IMG/VR virus record: IMGVR_UViG_3300023238_000005
Location: 52,041-116,040 of that record
Strand: one strand, 5' to 3'
Length of the DNA stretch: 64,000 nt
DNA from: a virus
This document shows, piece by piece, positions 48,547 to 58,299 of this stretch. Each line of letters starts with the position of its first letter. Position 1 is the stretch's first letter. The position numbers were made by a program, and so were the translations under genes. Below the pieces are notes generated by a model. The model had not been told where the DNA came from. It searched no databases and worked only from the letters and a program-made list of their open reading frames with translations.

Positions 48547-48834
48547 ATGGATATCAAAGACATACCTGCTGGCGAGAGCTGGGGCTGTCGTTTTCGTACT
48601 ACTACTTTCTTAGACAAAGAAGGCACACCAGTACAAGCAAACTCTCTCAGCATGGGGCAAGCACATCCTGGCACACCTGGCGAGTATGAAGGTATAGGAG
48701 TTATACAAGTGCGCGACACAGAAGCAGAACGTGTTCAACTGCAAGACGTTGAAACGCTGCGTGTGTTCACAGTAGAGTTCAAAGACTGCTGGGACATCGA
48801 TACTATAGAATGGACTGAGGCTGAGGAAGCTTGA
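48547..48834 (+). CDS. Hypothetical protein
   Basis: GGAG RBS; first plus-strand gene after strand switch. Confidence 0.7.
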   Translation: MDIKDIPAGESWGCRFRTTTFLDKEGTPVQANSLSMGQAHPGTPGEYEGIGVIQVRDTEAERVQLQDVETLRVFTVEFKDCWDIDTIEWTEAEEA

Positions 48835-48835
48835 T

Positions 48836-49219
48836 ATGAACAACGACGAATGGGATGATGATGAAGAACTCTCCAATGAAGAAATACAAGCAGCTATTCA
48901 AATGGCAGTGGGTGAACTACTAAACATAGCAAGTATTGCTGCGGACCTACAAGCCACTGACGAAGCTGCTGAAGAGATATACAGCATGTGTGATCTTGTA
49001 GCAGAGTACCACGGCATTGAACGTGCTAGAATTGAAGTTACAGAAAACTCAGACGGTAGCGTTACTAGTAGACTCAAAGGCGAAGGCGTCACACACACAG
49101 AAGCACCTGCTCGTACTAGTAGTATTCCTGGAAGTATCCGTACTGGGAGCAAACTAAAGTTTAGAGTTATAGACAAAGATGATGCTAGAGACCTAGGTGA
49201 CGACGAAGGACCACAGTAA
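48836..49219 (+). CDS. Acidic hypothetical protein
   Basis: GAGG RBS, coupled. Confidence 0.7.
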   Translation: MNNDEWDDDEELSNEEIQAAIQMAVGELLNIASIAADLQATDEAAEEIYSMCDLVAEYHGIERARIEVTENSDGSVTSRLKGEGVTHTEAPARTSSIPGSIRTGSKLKFRVIDKDDARDLGDDEGPQ

Positions 49220-49449
49220 CTCAACCTCACTACTAGAAACAAATAAATACTAGTAGTTAAGGAGCACACAATGAATAAAACTCGTTACAGAATAATAGAC
49301 CTTGACACAGATAGTATAGTAGCAAATGGCATACACACCCTCCCACAAGCAAAACTAACACTAGAGCAATACGAACTCAACTATCCTACATGCAAGTTTG
49401 AAATAGACACATATATCAAACCTTAAAACAAGTATAATTAAAACCACAC

Positions 49450-49707
49450 ATGAATAAACAAGACATTATCAAACGTCTGACTAATACTCAGTTAGACATA
49501 CACGAACGTGAAAGCCTCTGTCAACTACTACACTACCTACATGCAGAAGGTGTAAACAACACTAGTAGTAACAACAACAACACACGCTCACACAAGCGTA
49601 GTAGTAACACTAGTAGTAACACTAGTAGTAAGAACTACAAAGGTAAGAACCCTGAAGGAAGAATCAAAGATTCATCCCATATACGCACTAGTAGTAACAC
49701 ACGCTAA
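49450..49707 (+). CDS. Possible low-complexity protein overlapping repeat region
   Basis: ORF; C-terminal half is translation of ACTAGTAGTAAC repeats. Confidence 0.35.
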   Translation: MNKQDIIKRLTNTQLDIHERESLCQLLHYLHAEGVNNTSSNNNNTRSHKRSSNTSSNTSSKNYKGKNPEGRIKDSSHIRTSSNTR

Positions 49708-50400
49708 GACTATAGTACGAGTGAAGGTAAAGGATCCTTTACCCATAGAGCTATTGACTGCGTGAAGGAAGAACCAAAGATTCATCCCACATACACAAAG
49801 GCCCCGCTGCTACACATGTGCATGAGAGAGCCTGGTTCGCATACTAGTAGTAAGATGTTGGATAGTACGCGAAGTACCTAAGAGTACCTAAAAGTATTTG
49901 AACTATGCCACTCGTCACCACTCACAAGAAATTTTTTCGTACTGTATATAATCACAGTAACTGTCTCCTAAAGTGTTACATTATAACATGACTTCACCTT
50001 AAATCCACCGTGAAAAGCCAGAATCAACCACATTCTTGTGGTTGACAAGCTCGTAGTAACCGTGTAAAGCACAAAGGCCCCGCTGCTAGTGGTTGTGATT
50101 ACCGTACGTGTATAGGTTCAACTCTAGTTATAGCTGTCTGACTACTAGTAGAGGTTCAACTACTAGCTTATGTGCGCACACTAGTACTAACACGTGGGTT
50201 ATGGAGTACAATAGTATATGGTAGACTACTAGTAGTATAGTGTAGTTTAGCAGCTTGTGCATATGCTCTTGCTACGTTAGCGTTACTACAGTATAGTACT
50301 ACTACGTCGTTGACTACTAGTGAGTACTTGTTGCCTGTTTGTATGACATCAATTGTGTGCATACTAGTACTTACCTGTAAAGGCCCCGCTGCTAGTGGTT
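49555..50400. repeat. Repeat-rich, gene-poor region (candidate origin/terminus)
   Basis: Many ACTAGT(AGT) copies; AAAGGCCCCGCTGCTA at 49797, 50073, 50379; 27 bp repeat at 49653 and 49763. Confidence 0.75.
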
Positions 50401-50473
50401 AGGTTTTGATGATATGGTTGACAAGCGGGCCAAGTGGTGTTATAATAGTTATATTGAATAAGGGGTAAAGGTG

Positions 50474-50662
50474 ATGCCAAACCATTGGGCTAGTGTTAAA
50501 CAAACAGCAGGAGATATTAGTGTGGACCAAGAGGCGCAACTGCTGCTTCATGAGGTTCTTCATGTGCTGTATTCGTCGGCGGTGGATGAACAAGATGGAC
50601 AAGTCAACAGAGATCAAGTGGCTCAACTACTAGTAGACAAGTTCCGCCAACACAGCCACTAA
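50474..50662 (+). CDS. Early hypothetical protein (HEVLH motif)
   Basis: ORF behind promoter 50418. Confidence 0.5.
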   Translation: MPNHWASVKQTAGDISVDQEAQLLLHEVLHVLYSSAVDEQDGQVNRDQVAQLLVDKFRQHSH

Positions 50663-50732
50663 TAGGTTGACAAACACTAGGTTCGGTGCTATACTAGTTA
50701 TAGTAATTAGGCAAACACACTAGGAGCATTAC

Positions 50733-51116
50733 ATGGGCAAAGAACTCAAGTCTAAATTAATGCAGCCCTACACCGAGATTGATCGTGTGACAGCTGATGT
50801 GAATCCGCTACTAAGTGCAGGAGTGTTGATGGCAAGTGCCCTGCGCATATACAAGACTGTGTTAACACCACAAGAGTTCGCTGCCATAACTGAATTCATT
50901 CGAGACCAAACAGATGAGATCGAACCAATTGAGCCTGTGCCCACGAGGGTTGGAGAGCGTTGGTTCGACTCTTCAGAAGGCGTGATGTACGAGTATGTCA
51001 ATGATGGTACAGACGGTGCATGGTTAGACATTGGTGCGGGCAGCAGCAGCAACATGTCTAGCGTGTATGAGTATAGTAGACCTGCAAGAAAATGCAATAG
51101 AAAAATTGTAAATTAG
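50733..51116 (+). CDS. Early protein, apparently chimeric with a tail-fibre-like fragment
   Basis: C-terminal VGERWFDSSEGVMYEYVNDGTDGAWLDI. Confidence 0.6.
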   Translation: MGKELKSKLMQPYTEIDRVTADVNPLLSAGVLMASALRIYKTVLTPQEFAAITEFIRDQTDEIEPIEPVPTRVGERWFDSSEGVMYEYVNDGTDGAWLDIGAGSSSNMSSVYEYSRPARKCNRKIVN

Positions 51117-51180
51117 GACTTGACAGTATAGCATTTAGGTGCTATACTGCATGTATAAACTAAAACAAAGGGCAAACAAA

Positions 51181-51435
51181 ATGGGCTTACTAGCTAATCA
51201 TCTTAAAATGGCATACTGCGACTTCATTGCTGACCGTGTGCGCAAAGCACTAGTCAATGACCAATGGACCATGCAGGATGGCGAAAACTTAATTGACGAC
51301 ATCGGCAACGTGCAAATGGACCTGCACCCAACTGAGGGTTACCTTCTAAGTACTGCCAAGTCAATCACTGTACATGACGTCAACGGCAAAGCTTACATTG
51401 TTAGCATACAGGAAGCGCCAATACTAGACAAATAA
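51181..51435 (+). CDS. Early hypothetical protein
   Basis: Start MGLLANH after AAAGGGCA. Confidence 0.75.
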   Translation: MGLLANHLKMAYCDFIADRVRKALVNDQWTMQDGENLIDDIGNVQMDLHPTEGYLLSTAKSITVHDVNGKAYIVSIQEAPILDK

Positions 51436-51500
51436 AAGGTTGACAACATAGCACTTCGGTGCTATACTATATGTATAGTAACAAACAAAGGGCAATCATT

Positions 51501-51863
51501 ATGTGGAACACTGTAAAGACTTTCAAAGTAGGTAACTTCGATGTATCAGTTGCGTGGGCTTATGAAGATATGCCAATCCGCGATTGCTTCGAAGAAACAG
51601 AAGAAGAGTTTGCTGCGATGCAGGCTCGCTGCGATGACTACACTGACACTCACTACCAGCTGCGGGTTTTAGCCGAGTATGATGATGTTGAGATGGGCAG
51701 CGCATATATAGGCTCGTGCTATGCTGCGGGAATGGATCCAGCACAAGACATCAATGATGGTGTTGGCGGATACTTAGAGGACTTTGTAAGCGAAGCAGTC
51801 AGCGAAGCACAAGACGAAGCGGTTGCAATGATTGATAGATTAAAGGCAGATTTCTTAAATTAG
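51501..51863 (+). CDS. Early acidic hypothetical protein
   Basis: Start MWNTVK after AAAGGGCA. Confidence 0.75.
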   Translation: MWNTVKTFKVGNFDVSVAWAYEDMPIRDCFEETEEEFAAMQARCDDYTDTHYQLRVLAEYDDVEMGSAYIGSCYAAGMDPAQDINDGVGGYLEDFVSEAVSEAQDEAVAMIDRLKADFLN

Positions 51864-51930
51864 GGGTTGACAAACCAGCACACTGGTGCTATACTATATG
51901 TATAAGTTAATAAAGCAAAGGGCAAATAAA

Positions 51931-52311
51931 ATGGGTACTAGAAGCGCAATAGGTTACAAACTTCCGAATGGTAAGATCCGTGCAAAGTATTGTCACTGGA
52001 ATGGCTATGTTGATGGCGGCGTTGGTCAAACTCTACAAGAGAGCTACCAAGCTGCGTTTAAAATTGGTCGTATGGTTGAGCTAGGTGACATGAGTACACT
52101 AGCTGCTGAGATTGACGACTGCGTGTTTTACGGTCGTGACAAAGGCGAAACTAACGTAGACGCACAAGACTACGATGACATTATTGTCTTCGCCTCCATC
52201 TTCGAAGGCTGCGAATACTTTTATGTATGGAACGGCAACGAGTGGTTGGTTAGTGAAGGCAACTTGGTGTTTAATCGTGTAGAGGACTTGCTGGAAGTAT
52301 TAGCTGCCTAA
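51931..52311 (+). CDS. Early phage protein (MGTRS...YCHWNGY motif)
   Basis: Start after AAAGGGCA; ends LAA. Confidence 0.8.
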   Translation: MGTRSAIGYKLPNGKIRAKYCHWNGYVDGGVGQTLQESYQAAFKIGRMVELGDMSTLAAEIDDCVFYGRDKGETNVDAQDYDDIIVFASIFEGCEYFYVWNGNEWLVSEGNLVFNRVEDLLEVLAA

Positions 52312-52384
52312 ACAAATAGGTTGACAGTATGGCATTTAGGTGCTATACTATATGTATAAGTTAATAAAGCAGAGGGCAAATTAT

Positions 52385-52594
52385 ATGACAGACTTTAGAG
52401 ATCAAGCAATCGAGCTAGTTGAAGACGGCAACTTAGATCCGATGATGGCGCTGACTATGTGTCTCAAGTGGATGAGCAATGACGAAGTTGGCGAGATGCT
52501 AGACGCTAACGAGTTGAGTGAACGCTTCCAGGAAGAGGATGACGGACAACCAGACGAAGCACAGGAGTGGGCCGACTTTGACCCAGACTGTTAA
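52385..52594 (+). CDS. Early acidic protein (QPDEAQEWADFDPDC tail)
   Basis: Start MTDFRD after GAGGGCA. Confidence 0.75.
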   Translation: MTDFRDQAIELVEDGNLDPMMALTMCLKWMSNDEVGEMLDANELSERFQEEDDGQPDEAQEWADFDPDC

Positions 52595-52744
52595 TGGCCG
52601 GCGCTGACAACACCAAGATAGTATACGTCATAGTGGCACTAGAAGTCCTACGTGACGCAGACATTCAAGACATCATGAGCGAATGTGATTACTCGTTTGA
52701 ACACTCAGACATCGTTGAAACAGAACTTATGGGAGAGACTGATC

Positions 52745-52843
52745 ATGCCTAATTGGTGCAACAACTCAATCACAATCACTGGTCCAGCAGAGAAGATCCT
52801 GGACATATGGTCTAAGGCACAAGATCCTGATTCAGGTTTGTAA
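52745..52843 (+). pseudogene. Truncated MPNWCxN (YubB/DUF1281-like) gene
   Basis: MPNWCNNSITITGP...GL stop after 32 aa. Confidence 0.6.
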
Positions 52844-52945
52844 GCTATTGATATCATTGGGAATCTTTTTTGCAGATAATGGTTGACAACCATGCAATAC
52901 CGTGTTATAATATATTATATTAACAATTAGAGCAAGGAGCATTGC

Positions 52946-53242
52946 ATGGGATACTACACTTACACTGAAGCACCAATAGGCAACTTCATTGAGAAGGAGC
53001 ATGGTCACAACTTTGAATACTCGCTGAACGAGGAGCAGGATGACTACTCCAAGAGCATTGTGGAGAACTATCCACACAAGGTATGGGTTGGCTCGCACCA
53101 GATAGGCGGTGACAGTGGATGGCGTTATGCGAACGTGAAGAAGACTGTGGCTTACATCATCGTAGCCGAAGATGATGGCGGCGGTCCTGTAGTTGAGCGT
53201 TGGTTCCTAAAGAAACATGATGAATATGTAATTAGGGGTTGA
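52946..53242 (+). CDS. Early hypothetical protein
   Basis: AAGGAG RBS; stop codon lies inside next -35 box. Confidence 0.75.
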   Translation: MGYYTYTEAPIGNFIEKEHGHNFEYSLNEEQDDYSKSIVENYPHKVWVGSHQIGGDSGWRYANVKKTVAYIIVAEDDGGGPVVERWFLKKHDEYVIRG

Positions 53243-53298
53243 CAAATCCGTATAGTGTGCTATACTGTATATAACAGTTAAACAAAAGGGCAAAGAAT

Positions 53299-53592
53299 AT
53301 GACACTAGCTATAACAAGCAACCACCAAGAACGTCCAGTAATAAGCTGGCACGACCTAACACCCAAGCAGCAGAGCGAGTTCAACTACGATAGTGCTGAG
53401 GAATCGGACTTCGTTATCTACAAGAACTGGCCGTACGACATAGCTGAATTCATGGCAGTACGGCACGACACTAACAGCGACCTAGCCTATCAAGCATGGG
53501 ACGGGTATAGTGGAGATTCCTTCTTCTCAGGCGTACTAATCAAGTTCGCTCCTGACTACGATACCGTAATCATGGGCAGGTACACAAGCTAA
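53299..53592 (+). CDS. Early hypothetical protein
   Basis: AAAGGGCA RBS. Confidence 0.75.
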   Translation: MTLAITSNHQERPVISWHDLTPKQQSEFNYDSAEESDFVIYKNWPYDIAEFMAVRHDTNSDLAYQAWDGYSGDSFFSGVLIKFAPDYDTVIMGRYTS

Positions 53593-53738
53593 ATCGTTAC
53601 CCGAGATCAACGAAGCACTCTACGACTATAGGAAGTAAGATTATCTATAAGTAACGGGCTAATCGTCCTCCCGATCTAGGACGATACTATCTGAGGGAAA
53701 ACCAGAGAGTTTGCAGATAATTAACTAAGGGGAAGACC

Positions 53739-53927
53739 ATGACATATCAAGAAATGATGCTTAGAGACTTAAAGAATGGCAAGACAGTATCACCACTAAT
53801 GGCGCTAAGGAATTACGGGTGTCTAAGGCTTGGTGATGTAGCCTTCCAGCTTAGAAAGAAGGGCTATAAGGTAGTTACTACAATGGTTGAGAGGAATGGC
53901 AAGAGATACGGGGTGTATTCGCTATGA
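53739..53927 (+). CDS. Small winged-HTH protein
   Basis: SPLMALRNYGCLRLGDVAFQLRKKGY. Confidence 0.7.
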   Translation: MTYQEMMLRDLKNGKTVSPLMALRNYGCLRLGDVAFQLRKKGYKVVTTMVERNGKRYGVYSL

Positions 53928-54340
53928 GCGAGAGTAAAGTGAAAATACAACACCGAGACAGAGTTGGGATGCAGGAAGCTACCTACATACTAACCCCTGA
54001 AACAAAAAATCCATGGCTGCTATTTGAAGGCGATGCAGACTATCTAGCAGTAAAACAACTCCAAGCCACCATAGCAGAAATGGGGAACGTAATAGGAAAC
54101 GATCAAGCCCAGATAAAGTTTTATAGGGATGCCGTAGCAGACAAAGACGCCGAGATAGCAGAGCTTCGAGAAGAGGCCGAGATATCTGCTGCAACTATTG
54201 AAATGCAGGCCGTCATACTAACTGATTCGGTCAATGCGATTAGAGGCGAACCGCCTGAGCTTACTTTGTGGAGCCATCACGATTTAGCTGACTTGATAAA
54301 GAACGTACTAGTCATTAACCCTATAGGTGATAACAAATGA
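53924..54340 (+). CDS. Coiled-coil hypothetical protein
   Basis: ATGA-coupled. Confidence 0.55.
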   Translation: MSESKVKIQHRDRVGMQEATYILTPETKNPWLLFEGDADYLAVKQLQATIAEMGNVIGNDQAQIKFYRDAVADKDAEIAELREEAEISAATIEMQAVILTDSVNAIRGEPPELTLWSHHDLADLIKNVLVINPIGDNK

Positions 54341-54645
54341 ATTATTTTGAAAGCTTGAGCTTAGTTATTATTTACATAAGCGGCACTTTTTGCGTGATGT
54401 GGGGAATTGCTTGGCTTATCGAGCGCACATATAAAAAGATTCAGATATTGGCCGGGCTGATTGAGTTTCTGATATATCGAAAAAAGATATGTGCGTGATC
54501 AGGTCCATGGCGCTGTTACAGACAACAGTTTTGATGTTCCATTTTATATCTAAATGAGAGGTTGACAAAGGCAAAAAAGGTGTTATACTGTATATAACAG
54601 TTAGGAAACATCCTGGCTGACACTTAAACTGAAAAGGTAATTTAA

Positions 54646-54894
54646 ATGAGCTTTACAACTATTAAGACTGACCAAAAGACTTTCCTAGAAACATACCTAC
54701 GTGGTACTGGCAAGACTCTAACTGCTGCTGATGCGAACGCTCGCTTTGGTATCAAGAACCTTCCTGCACGTATGTCCGAGCTTCGAGCTGCTGGCTTGAA
54801 CGTTAAGACTGATGTTGCTACAACTGGCAAGACTCGCTATGCTGTGACAGCACGTGATGTTGCTGGAAGTCGCGCTAAGATGTTCGTTTCATAA
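54646..54894 (+). CDS. Small winged-HTH DNA-binding protein
   Basis: LTAADANARFGIKNLPARMSELRAAG; own promoter and terminator. Confidence 0.75.
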   Translation: MSFTTIKTDQKTFLETYLRGTGKTLTAADANARFGIKNLPARMSELRAAGLNVKTDVATTGKTRYAVTARDVAGSRAKMFVS

Positions 54895-54913
54895 GAAGCT
54901 GAACTAGCGAAAG

Positions 54914-54941
54914 AAAAGTGTCGGAAACGGCACTTTTTTTT
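54914..54941 (+). terminator. Intrinsic terminator
   Basis: AAAAGTGTCG GAAA CGGCACTTTT plus T run. Confidence 0.85.
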
Positions 54942-55010
54942 GGATTAGGGGTTGACAACTGCGTTAAAGATGCTATACTATATGTATAGTTAAGCAAAAG
55001 GGCAAACACA

Positions 55011-55208
55011 ATGAATAAGACATTAACAACTGGACTAGTACTAGCAGGCACAATAGCAATAGCAATTGCAGCCAACAGTGCTTTATCAATGCCAGATGCG
55101 TACTTCAGCTACGCCACCAACGAATGTGTTAAGGTTGTGAACTACACAGATGAGATCTTCAGCTGTGATAACCTTCCTTCCAAGTTTAACCATGTATGGG
55201 TACAATAA
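55011..55208 (+). CDS. Early membrane/secreted small protein
   Basis: AAAGGGCA RBS; N-terminal hydrophobic helix. Confidence 0.7.
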   Translation: MNKTLTTGLVLAGTIAIAIAANSALSMPDAYFSYATNECVKVVNYTDEIFSCDNLPSKFNHVWVQ

Positions 55209-55286
55209 TATGGACTACCAAACACTGCAAACCGTTATCGAAGATTTAGATCGTGTGCTATCGCTGCGCGATGGAATTGCGGCACA

Positions 55287-55718
55287 GTGCCGTATATTCC
55301 GCCACCAGTTGTTCCAAAGCCAGAGCATAGAAAAACAAAAGTAGAATTTCCATACGAAAGTTCTGCAAAGCAGCCAAAAAAGCTACTGGCAATAGACTTT
55401 CATTTTTACGGCGACACAAATCCCTATATTGCTAGTACGCCAGAAAGCGCAAAAAAACAGATAGATTTTTATAAAAGTTTTAATTTCAGTACACAGATAA
55501 AATATATAAAACACTGTCTTGAAAATAAAGTTTGGCTCGCAAAAGATGGTGTAGTTCATCATGTAACTGCAATGAGTTCGGCACATTTGCATAACACGAT
55601 CAACTATATAGAAAGACGCATAGCGAACCGTGAAACTTGCGTTTTTGGACTAGGTCCAGATTGGCTACCAATTTTAATAAAGGAGACTGAAAGACGGTTA
55701 GAAAAAGAAGGTATTTAA
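55287..55718 (+). CDS. Hypothetical protein (5' end possibly truncated)
   Basis: AT-rich ORF; MSSAHLHNTINY motif. Confidence 0.5.
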   Translation: MPYIPPPVVPKPEHRKTKVEFPYESSAKQPKKLLAIDFHFYGDTNPYIASTPESAKKQIDFYKSFNFSTQIKYIKHCLENKVWLAKDGVVHHVTAMSSAHLHNTINYIERRIANRETCVFGLGPDWLPILIKETERRLEKEGI

Positions 55719-55749
55719 AATTAAATTAATAAACTCAGGAGTTTTAAAA

Positions 55750-56328
55750 ATGACAGAATTTAATCACGATTTGGAATTGGACCATATTGATATGGTAAAC
55801 CTTCTTGCAAAAGATGGCGGCGAAATAATCTTAGGATTAAATCAAGAAACCGCCCACTGTTTGCACATGGCAATCGGTATAGTCGGTGAAGTTGCAGAGC
55901 TTACAGAGGCTTTGCTAAACCATGATCGTATAAATACTGTTGAAGAGTTAGGCGACACTCTTTTTTATATGGCCGGTTTACAAGAAGCATATGGAATTGA
56001 AATTCCGCATTGCATTTTTGTTCTTCGGTTTAGTGGAAATACGCGAATGGACTGCATTCTTCAAATGTCTATAGCTGCTGGAGATTTGCTAGACGAAGTT
56101 AAAAAACAAGCGATTTATTGCAAAGAAGTTGATATGCAAATCGTCAAAGATAGAATGGCGATTTTAAAAGCTTGCATGGAAGTCGTTTTTAAAATGGAAG
56201 AAATAACCCGCGATGAATGTTTGTTACATGTTCGCGCAAAACTTTTAACTGGTAAAAATGCCAGATATAAATCTGGTTACACTGACGAGGCAGCAAGAGA
56301 ACGCGCCGATAAAAACGGCGAACAATAA
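55750..56328 (+). CDS. MazG-like nucleotide pyrophosphohydrolase (tandem domains)
   Basis: GIVGEVAEL...EELGDTLFY; second degenerate copy AGDLLDEVKK. Confidence 0.8.
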   Translation: MTEFNHDLELDHIDMVNLLAKDGGEIILGLNQETAHCLHMAIGIVGEVAELTEALLNHDRINTVEELGDTLFYMAGLQEAYGIEIPHCIFVLRFSGNTRMDCILQMSIAAGDLLDEVKKQAIYCKEVDMQIVKDRMAILKACMEVVFKMEEITRDECLLHVRAKLLTGKNARYKSGYTDEAARERADKNGEQ

Positions 56329-56373
56329 ACCGAAACATAAACAAAAACTTTATCAAAAACGGAATGTAAAAAA

Positions 56374-56466
56374 ATGGCTATATTAATTCAGACAGTGTTG
56401 GAAGCGGTTGAAGATCACGGCATAAAAATACTCGTACACGGACCAGCAGGAGCGCCGGACTCATAA
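56374..56466 (+). pseudogene. N-terminal fragment of an AAA (Sak4/AAA_24-like) ATPase cut inside Walker A
   Basis: MAILIQT...IKILVHGPAGA then runs into tRNA sequence and stops. Confidence 0.6.
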
Positions 56467-56504
56467 TCCGTAGGTTCCGAGTTCGAGTCTCGGAGGGCCC
56501 ACCA
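56450..56504 (+). pseudogene. 5'-truncated tRNA with CAT anticodon (Ile2/Met)
   Basis: CGGA-CTCATAA-TCCG anticodon arm, CCGAG-TTCGAGT-CTCGG T arm, AGGGCCCACCA; no matching 5' acceptor strand upstream. Confidence 0.8.
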
Positions 56505-56509
56505 AATAT

Positions 56510-56586
56510 GTCTCCTTAGCTCAGCTGGATAGAGCAACGGCCTTCTAAGCCGTAGGTCACAGGTTCGAATCCTGTAGGGGACACCA
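56510..56586 (+). tRNA. tRNA-Arg(TCT)
   Basis: Full cloverleaf, ACGGC-CTTCTAA-GCCGT, encoded CCA. Confidence 0.96.
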
Positions 56587-56661
56587 ACTTTTCGGTTGAC
56601 AAGATAGCATTGTGGTGCTATAGTATATGTATAAGTTAAACAAGTAGAGGAGCACTATACA

Positions 56662-56892
56662 ATGTCAACACAATTACGCAACGTACCAGACTGCACATTC
56701 CAAAACGAATTGACTCAGACAATAAATTGGGATACTGGTTATTTTGAAGCTAAAAGAGACCATAGTCAAATTGTTAAAGATTTCCATAATAATATTAAAA
56801 GTATGAAACTCGAAAGAGCTACTGAAATAATGAATAGAGATCACAATTCTATGACCAAGAAGTATTTTGGACCTAAGTATATTAAGTATTAG
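56662..56892 (+). CDS. Early hypothetical protein
   Basis: GAGGAG RBS; AT-rich 3' part. Confidence 0.55.
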   Translation: MSTQLRNVPDCTFQNELTQTINWDTGYFEAKRDHSQIVKDFHNNIKSMKLERATEIMNRDHNSMTKKYFGPKYIKY

Positions 56893-56934
56893 TAATTTTA
56901 GATATTCAAACTGGTATGATAGGAAAATTAAATT

Positions 56935-57180
56935 ATGAGTTTAGCAAAGAAATTGTTAAATAAAGTAGAAGAAAGTAATATACATGAAGCTGATATGACT
57001 AAATCATATGATGGATTTCACTTGCTTAATTTTAAGACTGGTAAAATTACCAATCATAAGTATATTAAAGGTATTAAAAGTACCGAAGTTGAAAACGAAG
57101 CTATAGATAAAATGAAGAAGGAGACTGGTGATAGTAATTTCGGAGTTCATGGTTTCATTAAGAAAGGTGAGTGGGTTTAA
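56935..57180 (+). CDS. Hypothetical protein
   Basis: AT-rich ORF with AGGA RBS. Confidence 0.55.
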   Translation: MSLAKKLLNKVEESNIHEADMTKSYDGFHLLNFKTGKITNHKYIKGIKSTEVENEAIDKMKKETGDSNFGVHGFIKKGEWV

Positions 57181-57507
57181 TCTACAAAAACTTAGATCCG
57201 AAGACAAAACCTATCATACGACTAAGTCGTATGATGGGTTAATAATTATTGGAATTTGGGTAAGCAAGGTGTAAGTAAAGATATGATTGAAGAAGGTAAA
57301 GTATCTAAAGGCGGAGTAAATAGAAATCCTCCTACATCAGAGAGGCCAGGTCCTCCTGCTAGACAACGTTCTAAAAATAATATTGATTGGAAAGAAGTTA
57401 TGGATATGATCTTTGAGGTCATACCAGAGAGACACTGTAATTAGGAGTTGACAACTAGCATTTAGATGTTATAATAGTATTATAAACAAACAAAAGGGCA
57501 AGCACAC

Positions 57508-57792
57508 ATGAAAAACTTATTTGAAACTCCCCAAGCACAGAAGCAACTTGCAGCCGTAGGGCGCCAGATGCAAGACTACTCCGAAGACTTTGGTAAGATA
57601 CATGGCCTCAAGCAATTGAAAGAAGGTGGTCTACGTATACTCAATGAGCTAAGCCATGTAGGCGGGATGCTTATCCGTTATGGTGTGACTTTTGGTACCC
57701 AGCTCAAAGACTTTACAGATGGTGATTACCAATTGATTGCAGAGTTTATGAGGGGAACTTACTCAAACGATTACTTGAAGGAGTTGAAGTAA
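57508..57792 (+). CDS. Early hypothetical protein
   Basis: AAAGGGCA RBS. Confidence 0.75.
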   Translation: MKNLFETPQAQKQLAAVGRQMQDYSEDFGKIHGLKQLKEGGLRILNELSHVGGMLIRYGVTFGTQLKDFTDGDYQLIAEFMRGTYSNDYLKELK

Positions 57793-57965
57793 TGGCGTTC
57801 TGTGTTAGCTGTCATACATTGGAGAAGCAGTTCTTTGCTCCTCGATGCAGTGAGTGTAATGAAGAGACCAGGTTCCTGATGCAGTGTCTTGGTAGTCTAG
57901 TATATACCACAGCCTATGTTGGCGGCATTATACTGTTTGGTTATTTTATATTATCTGTTAATTAG
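57792..57965 (+). CDS. Small Zn-ribbon membrane protein
   Basis: CVSC...CSEC plus C-terminal TM helix; TAATG coupling. Confidence 0.6.
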   Translation: MAFCVSCHTLEKQFFAPRCSECNEETRFLMQCLGSLVYTTAYVGGIILFGYFILSVN

Positions 57966-58029
57966 GGGTTGACAATCCTGTAATAGATGCTATACTATAT
58001 GTATAAGTTAATAAAGCAGAGGGCAAATT

Positions 58030-58299
58030 ATGTATACACTAGAACTTTATAAGACGGATGCAAGAACCAAGTCAGGCGAACGCCTAGTAGAGAAGCGTGA
58101 CGGTTGTGGCGCACTAGGATCACCTAAGCTTGCTTGTGAGCTGCACTATGCTAAGATGTATCCTGCACCCAAGTGGCGTACAGAGATTCACGAAACAATG
58201 GTTACATCTCGTAACATGATGAACGGCAAAGAGTTTAAGGAGCGTTACGACACTCCCTACTATTGTTCACCCAGTTCCGAAACCTACTGGAGTATGTAA
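58030..58299 (+). CDS. Early protein, SPSSETYWS family paralog 1
   Basis: GAGGGCA RBS; NMM.GKE...TP...SPSSETYWS. Confidence 0.78.
   Translation: MYTLELYKTDARTKSGERLVEKRDGCGALGSPKLACELHYAKMYPAPKWRTEIHETMVTSRNMMNGKEFKERYDTPYYCSPSSETYWSM

Noticed and set aside
49555-50400. Possible CRISPR array
   Set aside because: Repeats are short or irregular, spacings of 110-305 bp, and no cas genes in the window
51139-52384. ORF-track starts reading MLYYMYK or MLYCMYK
   Set aside because: These GTG starts lie in the -10 box of the repeated promoter; real starts follow the AGGGCA motif
56450-56504. att site of an integrated element
   Set aside because: No second full copy of this tRNA and no integrase in the window
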